32,000 bases of DNA from Alkanindiges sp. WGS2144 (GTDB lineage Bacteria; Pseudomonadota; Gammaproteobacteria; Pseudomonadales; Moraxellaceae), in the NCBI RefSeq assembly GCF_043950625.1, contig NZ_CP171007.1; one strand, 5' to 3'. Positions 18,019 through 27,600 of the stretch are shown in pieces. A model generated the notes under the pieces. The model did no database searches and was not told the origin of the DNA. It worked only from the letters and a program-made list of their open reading frames with translations. The translations under genes and the position numbers were made by a program. Position 1 is the first letter of the stretch. Each line of letters begins with the position of its first letter.

Positions 18019-19140
18019 TTAAAGGGCTGTACCAGTAATTTTTACTGGCCTGCCATTGGAATTCTCAGGAATTTCCACCCGGCTGACCAAGTCAACAGGC
18101 TGTATGCCCGTAACCATTGCACTGTTAGTGGCAGCGTCCTGCGCCAGGATGTTAATACTAATTTTATGAATCTTGTTTTGCCGAATGACCCACACATAAG
18201 GCGACTGGGTACTAGCTTGCCAAATAGCATTCTGAGGAATAACCAGGCCACTTTGCCCTTGATCCAGCAGAATAGTTCCTTCTACATAATTGCCAATATT
18301 CAGGCTGGTGGCACTGTTGTTGACATCAGCATAGAACAGTAGAGCACGACTGGCTGGATTAGCAACCGGATTAATGCGTGAAATGCGGGTACTAAATACT
18401 GGCTTTTCTTGCCCGGCAAAATGAAATTGTACGCTTTGCCCCACTTTTAAGCTCACCTGATAGCTATCAGGTACTGAGCCTTGCAGCTCAATCATATTGG
18501 GGTTCACAATTTCAAATAAGGTTTGGCCGTTATTAACAGTTTGCCCAACATCAACCTGCCGGTCAGACACCACACCAGAAATAGGAGCATATACAGTGGC
18601 ATCATTGACGGCTTTTTGGGCAATATCAATCAATGCCTGCTGTGCAGTCTGGTTTTCCCGTTGTGCCCTGGCTTCGGCTTTGCTGCGCTCATATTCGATC
18701 TCAGCAATAAAACCCTGTTTAAACAAGCGCCGGTTGCGCTCAGCCAGATTCTGGCTCAGATCAGCCTGTGCTTTGGCAGCCGTATAGTTGGCACGTGCCT
18801 GTAATAATCTGGCTTGATCATCCTGATTATTAATTCTTAATAGAGTCTGGTTTTTATCAACGTGATCACCATTATTGACATGAATTTGCTGAACTGTACC
18901 GGTGGTTTGGGCCTGAACCGAGGTACGTTGCCTGGCCTCCAGCGTACCAGTGAAATTGATCTGGCTAGATAGGGTACGATATTCAGGCTTAACCAGATCG
19001 CTATAAATTAGTTCAAGAGCCTGTGTTTTTTGTGCTGCTGGTACAGCTGTTTCCTGTTTCTGGCAACCAGCCAGAAGCAGCCAGGAGAGGCAAACGATAT
19101 AAAAACTTTTTTGTATAACTTGCGTGTTATTCATAAACAT
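18019..19140 (-). CDS. RND efflux periplasmic adaptor (membrane fusion protein, HlyD/AcrA family)
   Basis: 373 aa. Lipobox LLAGC is present. It has lipoyl/barrel-sandwich blocks (TGTVQQIHVNNGDHVDKNQTLLRIN and APISGVVSDRQVDVGQTV) and a coiled-coil hairpin between them. It lies 50 nt upstream of the pump gene. The start could be the second ATG at 19134. Confidence 0.9.
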   Translation of the reverse strand: MFMNNTQVIQKSFYIVCLSWLLLAGCQKQETAVPAAQKTQALELIYSDLVKPEYRTLSSQINFTGTLEARQRTSVQAQTTGTVQQIHVNNGDHVDKNQTLLRINNQDDQARLLQARANYTAAKAQADLSQNLAERNRRLFKQGFIAEIEYERSKAEARAQRENQTAQQALIDIAQKAVNDATVYAPISGVVSDRQVDVGQTVNNGQTLFEIVNPNMIELQGSVPDSYQVSLKVGQSVQFHFAGQEKPVFSTRISRINPVANPASRALLFYADVNNSATSLNIGNYVEGTILLDQGQSGLVIPQNAIWQASTQSPYVWVIRQNKIHKISINILAQDAATNSAMVTGIQPVDLVSRVEIPENSNGRPVKITGTAL

Positions 19141-19358
19141 AATTCCATGTTTAGGCTGGCTGCCATTTTATTTAAGCATGTAGCAGCAGACCTTAAATAT
19201 AAACAGGGTGATTATTCACGAAAAACACAGTTTGGGGCAGAAAAAATCGTTAAAATTTTTGAGGACTTAGGGATTTTATGCTTTTTATAGGCTAAAACCA
19301 TACTTGATTAGGCATTTATAGACATCTTACCTATGGCTTAAATGGCTATCCTTTAGGT

Positions 19359-20075
19359 TTATAGCCGACTCAAACGCTGAATGATCTCGGCATATTGCTG
19401 GCGAACTTGTTGTTGGCGCTCACTAATAGCCTGAATGTTTTTTTCAGCATCCTGCACATTTTTTCTATTGTTTTCCAGGCTTTTTTGTAGTGCGGCAGGA
19501 ATGGGCTTGCCCTGTCTTTCATAGTTGGCGGCCTGGGCAATATCAGTGCCTAAGGCACGTTGCAAAGTGATAAGCTGTGCCTGCATATAGCTCTTGCGCG
19601 AGCTCATATCTGCCAGAATCTGGTCGCGCTTGGTGGTGGCCTGACTCACTGAGCCGTAAGTTTTTCTCAGGTTCAAATCAGATTGGCGCTGAGCTTCCTG
19701 AGCCTCACGCTTGGCTTTCTGCGCGGCATAATTTTCTGCTGAATACGGTGGTACACGCTTGATGACCTGCATGTTGCGGTCAAGGGCTTCATAACCATAG
19801 CGTAAATGCTGCTCGGTAATGGTACCGCTCAAATTTGGCTGACCGTTGCTATTATAGTAGCGATACCATCTGATTTTGGGCTGTACATTATTCACTGTGC
19901 TAGCACTGGCGTAGGCGGAGTAATCGTAGGCACTGGCAAGGGGCGACAGCATAAAAATCATGCTACCGGCCATCATGGTGCTGAGTACGGGTTTAATCAG
20001 GGAAAAAAACCTAACCAGAACTGGTTTATTCTGGGCATTTAAAGCAACGGTGTTTCTGGTGTAAAACTGGCTCAT
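19359..20075 (-). CDS. Hypothetical secreted or membrane-anchored coiled-coil protein (DUF4124-like N-terminal module)
   Basis: ATG 20075 (MSQFYTRN...) is preferred because AGGA lies upstream; the track start is 20126. A hydrophobic segment ends ...MLSPLASA/YDY. The segment IRWYRYYNSNGQPNLSG resembles the DUF4124 beta-hairpin. The C-terminal ~130 aa is Q/K/E/R-rich coiled coil. No enzymatic motif was recognised. Confidence 0.5.
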   Translation of the reverse strand: MSQFYTRNTVALNAQNKPVLVRFFSLIKPVLSTMMAGSMIFMLSPLASAYDYSAYASASTVNNVQPKIRWYRYYNSNGQPNLSGTITEQHLRYGYEALDRNMQVIKRVPPYSAENYAAQKAKREAQEAQRQSDLNLRKTYGSVSQATTKRDQILADMSSRKSYMQAQLITLQRALGTDIAQAANYERQGKPIPAALQKSLENNRKNVQDAEKNIQAISERQQQVRQQYAEIIQRLSRL

Positions 20076-20390
20076 GCTTTTATCCTGATGTGAGACAAGA
20101 TCAGTCCGGCTCGCTGGGCAGCACATTAAAATTATAATTCAAGATTAATGGCTGAGGCACAAAAATACAAATATAATCCTTAAGAATAGATGGGGTACAG
20201 ATAAATTATATCCAGTTTAGAATGCAAAAAATGAACTGACAGGTTCAACAGTGTATTTGTGCATTGGCAAACTTGTTGTAATTGTGCTAAAAAGTGAATG
20301 ATCAATGGGGGTAGTCACTGTAGATGATTAAATACTCATTGTCAGTCATTATGCAGTGGACGTTGAAGATAACATGGGAAGATGAAACCA

Positions 20391-20774
20391 ATGGAAGAAA
20401 ACTTTTCTGGCCTGAAGGTCATGGTAATTGATGACTCCAAAACCATCCGCAGAACTGCTGAAACATTGTTGCAGAAAGTAGGCTGCACTGTATTTACTGC
20501 AGTTGATGGTTTTGATGCACTGGCCAAGATTGCCGACTCAAATCCTGATATTATCTTTGTAGACATCATGATGCCGCGGCTAGATGGTTATCAAACCTGC
20601 GCACTGATCAAGAATAATCAGACTTTCCAGAAAACACCCGTTATCATGCTGTCCAGTAAGGATGGCCTGTTTGATAAAGCCAAGGGGCGTATTGTTGGTT
20701 CAGATGAGTATCTAACCAAGCCTTTTAGCAAAGAAGAATTATTTAGTGCCATTCGCCAGCACGTTACTGTTTAA
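20391..20774 (+). CDS. pilG: Twitching-motility CheY-like response regulator PilG
   Basis: It is near-identical in long blocks to P. aeruginosa PilG: GLKVMVIDDSKTIRRTAETLL.KVGC, DGFDALAKIAD, IIFVDIMMPRLDGYQTCALIKNN, TPVIMLSSKDGLFDKAKGRIVGSD.YLTKPFSKEEL. ATG 20391 has GGGAAG 9 nt upstream; ATG 20382 is also possible. Confidence 0.95.
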   Translation: MEENFSGLKVMVIDDSKTIRRTAETLLQKVGCTVFTAVDGFDALAKIADSNPDIIFVDIMMPRLDGYQTCALIKNNQTFQKTPVIMLSSKDGLFDKAKGRIVGSDEYLTKPFSKEELFSAIRQHVTV

Positions 20775-20790
20775 TTAAGGAGCAAGAAGG

Positions 20791-21159
20791 ATGGCACGCA
20801 TCCTAGTGATTGATGATTCTCCAACCGAAACTTACCGGTTTCGTGAAATCTTGCAGCGTAATGGGCACGAAGTTCTGGAAGCTTCCAATGGGGCTGATGG
20901 TATAAGTATGGCCCGTGCCGAAATACCTGATCTGATTCTTATGGATGTGGTCATGCCTGGTATTAATGGCTTCCAGGCCACACGCCAGCTTACCCGTGGT
21001 GCAGAAACCAAGCATATTCCTATCGTGATTGTCAGTACCAAGGATCAGGAAACTGACCGGGTATGGGGCAAGCGCCAGGGTGCACGCGACTATCTGACTA
21101 AACCCATCGAAGAAGAATCGTTAATGCGGGTTATTCAACAACTTCTACCGGCAGTTTAA
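20791..21159 (+). CDS. pilH: CheY-like response regulator PilH
   Basis: 122 aa single receiver domain. Motifs: [76 protein letters not shown] upstream. Position is as in pilGHIJ. Confidence 0.94.
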   Translation: MARILVIDDSPTETYRFREILQRNGHEVLEASNGADGISMARAEIPDLILMDVVMPGINGFQATRQLTRGAETKHIPIVIVSTKDQETDRVWGKRQGARDYLTKPIEEESLMRVIQQLLPAV

Positions 21160-21161
21160 TC

Positions 21162-21689
21162 ATGGCAGCCCGGGGTTTTATCGAACTGCTTCGACTGGCT
21201 GATTACGGTAGGCAACGTCAGCAGGGTGGCCAGGAAAATGAAAATGTACGCTGGTCAGGTATTGCCTTTAGCTTTGCTGGTTATCAGTTTGTAGCTCCAT
21301 TGGGCGAAGTAGCAGAGGTGGTTCCTGTGCCTGCCAGTACCACTGTGCCCAGTGCCAAGCCGTGGATGCGGGGGTTGGCCAATGTGCGTGGAAGGTTACT
21401 GCCACTCACTGATCTGGCTATTTTTCTACAGCTACCGGAAACTGAGCTAAGCAGGCTTAGTAAGGTGATGATTATTGATCAGGCTGCGCACTATAGTGGC
21501 GTGATCGTTGATCAGGTCATGGGCATACAACATTTTAACAAGCAAAGCTATTTTGGTTCAAATCCACAGTTGCCAGAAGTATTGGCTCAGTATACGCATG
21601 GATATTTTGAGCGTCAGGGGCAGCAGTGGCATGTGTTTTTGCTAAGTAAACTGGTACAGGATCAGACTTATTTAAATGCATCTGCTTAA
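21162..21689 (+). CDS. pilI: CheW-like coupling protein PilI
   Basis: 175 aa CheW-like domain. Motifs: GIAFSFAGYQFVAPLGEVAEVV, PWMRGLANVRGRLLPLTDLA, GVIVDQVMGI. The start is 3 nt after the pilH stop. Confidence 0.9.
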   Translation: MAARGFIELLRLADYGRQRQQGGQENENVRWSGIAFSFAGYQFVAPLGEVAEVVPVPASTTVPSAKPWMRGLANVRGRLLPLTDLAIFLQLPETELSRLSKVMIIDQAAHYSGVIVDQVMGIQHFNKQSYFGSNPQLPEVLAQYTHGYFERQGQQWHVFLLSKLVQDQTYLNASA

Positions 21690-21737
21690 ACTGGGTAGAA
21701 AAGGGTCAAATTAATAAAGAATGAGGGAGTCTTGGGC

Positions 21738-23843
21738 ATGAATGTAAATACGGATAAGGACAAAAAGCCGTTTTTGATGCGGTGGCGGGGGGATAATGCC
21801 AATGCACCAAAATGGGTAAAAGCTACCCAGTCCTATTGGGAAGCAACAGCATCTATTTTCGGTGATCCCAGGCAGGCCAAACCCTTGTTGTTGACTGGCT
21901 TAGCCGGCCTGATCATCACCTTGATCGCCCTGGTTTACCTGTTTATCAATGTACCAAATGCCAATGCCCTGACTCGTGATGTGGGTGAACTAAGACTTTT
22001 ATCGCAGCAGGTTTCCCGCTACGCCACTGAAGCTTCTGTTTCTGGTGAGGCTGCAGCAGCACAGCACCTAAAAGTCGCTCAGGATCAGTTTAATGTCCGT
22101 CTGGAGGCAGTGCATGATATCTATGGAGATAGCTCTGAAGCCATTCAGCAGGTTGATGACCTGTGGGGGAATATTGACAATCGTGTCAGCCTGATTTTAT
22201 CCCAGCAAAAAACTGTAAATTCCCTGTACGACATTGGGGTAAGCATTGCAGAAGCTATTCCTGATGTGCAGGCTGAATATAATATTGTCGTAGATGGACT
22301 GGTACGTGCTGACGCACCAAATAGCCAGGTTGCTCTGGCCAAGAACCAGGTGTGGCTGGCTGAGCGTATTCTACGGTCGGTAAACTCGGTACTTACCGGG
22401 GATGAGGCCTCTGTAGCCTCTGCCGATGATTTTAGTACTGATGCTGAAGATTTTGGCCGTTATTTAAATGGTCAGCTTCGTGGAGATGCTGAGCTGGGTG
22501 TAGAGCGTATTAATGATGCCGGATTGCGTAGCTCCCTGCAGTCCATTCAGGAAACATACAACGATGTGATCAAGGTGGCTGCCAGTCGAGTACTGGTAAA
22601 CTCGCCACAGATTATTCAGGTGCGCGAAGCAGCGGGTAAGGTATTTAACGACTCTGACAGCATGCTGGGCAAGCTGGATAGTCTAAGTTCTAGTATTAAC
22701 TCCCGTTATAACATTGCTAACATTGGCGTTGCAGCGGTCTTTATTTTAGGCCTGGGGCTTATTGCTTACGCCCTGAACCGCCTGTTTAATTTACGTTCCA
22801 AACTGGATATTGATCGTGCACATCGAATTCAGGAAGAAAATGAGCAAAACCAGACAGCAATTTTACGTCTGCTGGATGAGCTAGGTGATTTGGCTGATGG
22901 TGACCTGACAACTAACGCAACAGTATCAGAAGATTTTACCGGGGCGATTGCCGACTCGATTAACTTTGCGATTGACCAGTTACGTGAGCTGGTATCCAGA
23001 ATTAACTCGACCTCTGCCCAGGTAGCTGATTACTCTCAGGAAACCCAGTCACTTGCCATGCAACTGGCGGATTCTTCTGAGCATCAGGCGCAGGAAATTG
23101 CCGGTGCATCAGCAGCAATTAATGAAATGGCCGTATCCATTGACCAGGTATCAGCAAATGCCATGGAATCTGCTGCAGTTGCAGAGCGTTCGGTAGATAT
23201 TGCCTATACGGGTGCAGATGTTGTACAGCGCACCATTGAAGGCATGGACATGATCCGTGAGCAGATCCAGGAAACTTCCAAACGTATTAAACGTCTGGGT
23301 GAATCTTCACAGGAAATTGGTGATATCGTATCGCTGATTAACGACATTGCTGACCAGACCAACATTTTGGCATTGAATGCGGCGATTCAGGCCTCTATGG
23401 CAGGTGAAGCAGGTCGCGGTTTTGCGGTGGTAGCCGATGAAGTACAGCGTCTTGCAGAGCGCTCTGCTGCTGCAACCAAGCAGATTGAAGGGCTGGTTAA
23501 AACCATTCAGAGTGATACCAACGAAGCCGTTATTTCCATGGAGCAAACGACCAGTGAAGTGGTGCGTGGTGCTCATTTGGCTAAAGATGCGGGCGTGGCT
23601 CTGGAAGAAGTACAAACTGTATCCAGAACACTGGCTGACCTGATTCAGAACATTTCTGATGCAGCACGTCAACAGGCCGCTTCTGCTGGTCATATTTCCA
23701 GTACCATGAATGTAATTCAGGATATTACTACCCAGACCACAGCAGGTACCATTAATACTGCCAAGTCGGTCGGTGATCTAGCCAATATGGCAGTGGAGTT
23801 ACGCGCTTCGGTATCTGACTTCAAACTGCCAGAAGACATGTAA
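21738..23843 (+). CDS. pilJ: Methyl-accepting chemotaxis protein PilJ
   Basis: About 701 aa. It has two TM segments flanking a ~280-aa periplasmic PilJ-type domain, then a linker, then a highly conserved MCP signalling hairpin (IVSLINDIADQTNILALNAAIQASMAGEAGRGFAVVADEVQRLAERS). ATG 21738 is preferred over TTG 21732; GAGGGAG lies upstream. Confidence 0.94.
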   Translation: MNVNTDKDKKPFLMRWRGDNANAPKWVKATQSYWEATASIFGDPRQAKPLLLTGLAGLIITLIALVYLFINVPNANALTRDVGELRLLSQQVSRYATEASVSGEAAAAQHLKVAQDQFNVRLEAVHDIYGDSSEAIQQVDDLWGNIDNRVSLILSQQKTVNSLYDIGVSIAEAIPDVQAEYNIVVDGLVRADAPNSQVALAKNQVWLAERILRSVNSVLTGDEASVASADDFSTDAEDFGRYLNGQLRGDAELGVERINDAGLRSSLQSIQETYNDVIKVAASRVLVNSPQIIQVREAAGKVFNDSDSMLGKLDSLSSSINSRYNIANIGVAAVFILGLGLIAYALNRLFNLRSKLDIDRAHRIQEENEQNQTAILRLLDELGDLADGDLTTNATVSEDFTGAIADSINFAIDQLRELVSRINSTSAQVADYSQETQSLAMQLADSSEHQAQEIAGASAAINEMAVSIDQVSANAMESAAVAERSVDIAYTGADVVQRTIEGMDMIREQIQETSKRIKRLGESSQEIGDIVSLINDIADQTNILALNAAIQASMAGEAGRGFAVVADEVQRLAERSAAATKQIEGLVKTIQSDTNEAVISMEQTTSEVVRGAHLAKDAGVALEEVQTVSRTLADLIQNISDAARQQAASAGHISSTMNVIQDITTQTTAGTINTAKSVGDLANMAVELRASVSDFKLPEDM

Positions 23844-23848
23844 GGATA

Positions 23849-24685
23849 ATGCCAATTGAGAGTGTCGTCATGGATGAATTGACACATAATGGTTTGCAAT
23901 CGTTGATCAGTGCTGAGATGGCCAGTCTGTGGCGTTCTCTGATTGAGTCACGTATGGGGATGGTATTGCCTGCGCGACAGCACCAGTTGTTTGAGCAGCG
24001 TATTGTGAAAAACATGTCACAGTACCAGCTTGATGCGGACAGTTATTATCAGTTGGTGTGTCAGGATAGATCAGAATGGCAGCGACTGGCAGAATCCCTG
24101 GTTGTGCATGAAACTTCATTTTTTCGCCATCCGCCGTCATTTAATCTGGTAGAGCAGTACCTGATGCAGGCGACACAGCCTGTTAAACTCTGGAGTGTGG
24201 GATGCTCAACCGGTGAGGAAGCGTGGTCACTGGCCATGCTGGCTGACCGGTTTGCCATGTATGGCTATGAGGTACTTGCAACAGATATTAGTCAGCAAGT
24301 GCTGGTCACCGCTAAAGAAGGGATTTATCTCACCCGCAAGACCGAGCAGATCCCTGCGCGTTTTAGGGGAGATAGTGGGCAGGCAGTAGGTCAGCATTAC
24401 TGGCAGATTGCGCCACATTTACGGCCGTATGTGTTTTTTAGGCAGTTTAACCTGATGAATGTGGTTACTTTGCCGTTTAGGCGGTTAAATATTATTTTTT
24501 GCCAAAACGTATTGATTTATTTTAAAAAATTTGATCGCCGTGATATTTTAAATGCTTTGGTAAAGTGTCTGGATGTTGGCGGAGTATTGGTATTGGGGCC
24601 GGGTGAAATACTTGAATGGCGCCATCACCAACTGAAAAAAATTGATTGGTCAGGGACGCTGGCATATGAAAAAATCTGCACCTAA
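23849..24685 (+). CDS. pilK: CheR-type chemoreceptor methyltransferase PilK
   Basis: 278 aa. HETSFFRHP motif. SAM-binding block KLWSVGCSTGEEAWSLAM. Also IIFCQNVLIYF and GGVLVLGPGE. AAGGA RBS upstream. Located between pilJ and chpA as in P. aeruginosa. Confidence 0.9.
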   Translation: MPIESVVMDELTHNGLQSLISAEMASLWRSLIESRMGMVLPARQHQLFEQRIVKNMSQYQLDADSYYQLVCQDRSEWQRLAESLVVHETSFFRHPPSFNLVEQYLMQATQPVKLWSVGCSTGEEAWSLAMLADRFAMYGYEVLATDISQQVLVTAKEGIYLTRKTEQIPARFRGDSGQAVGQHYWQIAPHLRPYVFFRQFNLMNVVTLPFRRLNIIFCQNVLIYFKKFDRRDILNALVKCLDVGGVLVLGPGEILEWRHHQLKKIDWSGTLAYEKICT

Positions 24686-24695
24686 ACAGGATAGT

Positions 24696-27600
24696 ATGAG
24701 CGTATCAAGGCAGGATAATACTCAGCAATCTGCCATGGCTTTGAGTTGGGTAATTGATTCCCTGGACGAAACCTTGCTTGATGCCCGTAAGCTTGTTCAG
24801 GCCGCTAAGCAGCCAGAGCAGCTCAAAGAGGCTAGCCAGTTGCTGCATCAGGTGAGCGGCACCCTAACCATGGCAGAGCTTCCTGATCCTTTAATTCTGT
24901 CGGAAAGCCTGGAGCAACTAGCGTTGGCCATGGCCGCAAGAAAAATAGCACTAAATCATAGTCAGGAACTGGTTAATGGCATAGATACCCTAAAGCATGA
25001 ATTGCATCGCCTGCATCAGGCCAAGCGTTTGCAGCCACTGACGATTTACCGTGCCGTCAGGCAAGTTAGGGCATTGCTGGAAGCCCAAAAACTGAGTACC
25101 AGCAAGACTTATCCAAAAATTGATTACAATTTGCTAATGGTGCCTAATCAGGTTCAAAGCCCTTTAAATGAAGAGAGCTGGCGTCAGGCGACCAGTGCCT
25201 ATCGTCATCTACTCAATGAGTTTTTTTTAAATCCAAAAGAACAGGCGACCTTAGAGGGGTTATATAAGGTTGCCGGGTATTTTGCCGCAGGCGCGGGTAC
25301 TGTACAGCAGGCAGGCTTATGGCGGGTTTTATGCAAATTGCACCAAGCTATGCTGGAACATAAGGTAGATGTCAGTACAGCTGCTCTAAAACAGAATCTT
25401 GTACGACTGGAGCGCATGTTGGCTCAAGAGCGCTTTGATGAAGGCGTGCTTTATGAATTGCTTGAACTGCTCGAGCAATTTGATCTGGATCATGAGTTTA
25501 GCCTGCATCAACAGGCAGTCAGTGCCGCACTTGGCGAGAACAGCATTACCTCTCCGCTGGTTCTGGATAAAATTTTGCTGCTGGTACAAGAAGCCAGAGC
25601 AAGTTTAAGTGAGCACACTGTTGATCAGTTTCAAATCAAGCGTTTGCTGTCTGAAGCGATCCATTTGCTTGAATTAACGGGCTGGCGTGGAACCAGTCAG
25701 CGCCTTGAGCAGGCAATAGGGTATATTAATCAGCCTGAGCAGAAAACAGCAGCAATTGATTCTTTAGAGAAAATTGAGATAGAGCTAAAACAGCTGGTAC
25801 TTGCGTTCAAAAGTCAGGCACATGCTGACAATGGGCTGGATGATCAGAGCTTTGTTGAAGATGCTCACAGCGCGGTGGTACGTGAATCCCGTGTGGCGCT
25901 TGAATCCATCAAGAGCATGTTCTTTGCCTATAGTTCTTCCAGGCAGGATAAAGCCCAGTTAGCAGACTTGCCAGCTCGTTTTGAATCGTTAAAAGGTATT
26001 TTTGTTTTTCTGGGGCTGGAGCGTGCAGCAGAGTTAACTGCCAGCTTGCTTAAAGTATTAAACCTGACACTGTTTAAAAAAGACTATATTCTCAGTCGTA
26101 CTCAGATTGACCTTATTGCCCAAAATATTGCTTCGCTTGAATACTATCTGGATCAATTGGCCGCGCATTTTCATGATGATCAGATTCTGGATAAGTTTGC
26201 GCAAAGCCTGGAAAAAATTACCCAGTCGACTGAAGATGAACCCATTGTATTAGTGGGTGGTCAAAAAATATTCCATGATAAAACTCCTGTAGAGTTATTG
26301 TCGTCTATTGAAGGACTCGCTATGGCGGAGCAGATGCCCACGAACAATCAGGTTGCCAGCCCAGGTCATCAGGCAATTTTAGAGATATCTTTGCCTGCCG
26401 ATGACTTTACGCAGGATGATGATATCCGTGAGATTTTTGTTGAAGAAGCAACAGAAGTACTGGAAAGCCTGCAGGAAAATGTTCCTCAATGGATAGCCCA
26501 GCTACAAAATCTTGAGATTTTAAAGGAAATACGCCGCTCTTTTCATACCTTAAAAGGCTCCGGGCGTATGGTGGGCGCATTTGTGTCTGGTGAGTTTGCC
26601 TGGTCAATTGAAAACATGCTCAATCGGGTACTGGATAATACTATTTCTGTACAGCCGGTAATGATTCAGCTTATTTCTGAGGCAATAGCCAACTATCCAC
26701 AACTGGTGGAAGATTTTTCCCGAAAACAAACCACTCATTTTGAAGTCCGTCCCTATATTTATATTGCCAATGCACTGAGCAAAGGTGAAGACATCGCTGT
26801 AGAGGATCTACCCTGGAATCAAACTCAAGAGTCTGAAGCTGCCCAGTTCGCCGATGACGATCAAAGTAGCGGTATTGAGCAATCTGTTGCCAGCCCAGCT
26901 CATCAGGAAAAAACAGAAGAACAGCATACTGCTGCAATTGATAACGACAGTGAGCAAGAAGACCAGGAAGGCCTGTCCATATTTGTGGAAGAAGCCGAAG
27001 AGCATATTGAAACTCTGCACGCATTTATTGAGGAGCAGGATGAGTATGACGAAGTACCGGATCAGGTAATTCGTGCCCTGCATACCTTGCGTGGTAGTGC
27101 TGCCATGTCTAACGTGGATGCTATTTGCCAGCTTGCTGCGGCTGTAGAAGATGAATTCAAGCGTCTTATTCGCTTGCATCAGCCGGTATCCAAAGATCAC
27201 ATCACTTTCCTTGAGCAACTTGTACAATGTGTAGGTTTTCATCTGGAAGCTCTTGAGCAAGGCAAACAGCTGCCACTTGAAGAACAGGATGTTGTACTAA
27301 TTGATCAGGTGGCACAGTTTACTGCCCAGGCGGCTGGTGACGGCATGCAGGATAGTAGCAAGCCTGCTGGTGTACAGCGCATGGGCCTTGTGACCCATTT
27401 GCTCGATCTATCCCTGGATGAGCTGCTTGATGCTGAATACGAGCTGGAAGACAAACTGGCCAGCGGTCAGGTGAGTGAATACTTTGAACTACTGGGTAAG
27501 CAGAGCCAGCAGTTGTATGAAGCCTCTATGGAAACCCCAGTGAGTGTCTTGCAGCAGCTTACCCAATATCTGTGTAATGTGTATCACAAGCTGAGTAGCG

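Noticed and set aside
19030-19290. An 86-aa plus-strand ORF spanning the adaptor gene start and its upstream region
   Set aside because: It overlaps the 5' end of the efflux adaptor gene on the opposite strand and the AT-rich promoter region. It has a Cys/Phe-rich N-terminus, no RBS and no motifs.
19344-19366. GGCTAT/ATAGCC hairpin at the 3' end of the 19359-20075 gene, considered as a terminator
   Set aside because: The stem is only 6 bp and AT-containing. It includes the stop codon itself. On the minus strand it is followed by ATTTAAGCC rather than a U-tract. That is too weak to annotate.
20265-20280. Sigma-54-like motif TGGCAAACTTGTTGT upstream of pilG
   Set aside because: The -24 element (TGGCA) and the spacing fit. 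However, the invariant -12 GC is GT here, and no enhancer-binding-protein site was recognised. This is insufficient to call an RpoN promoter.
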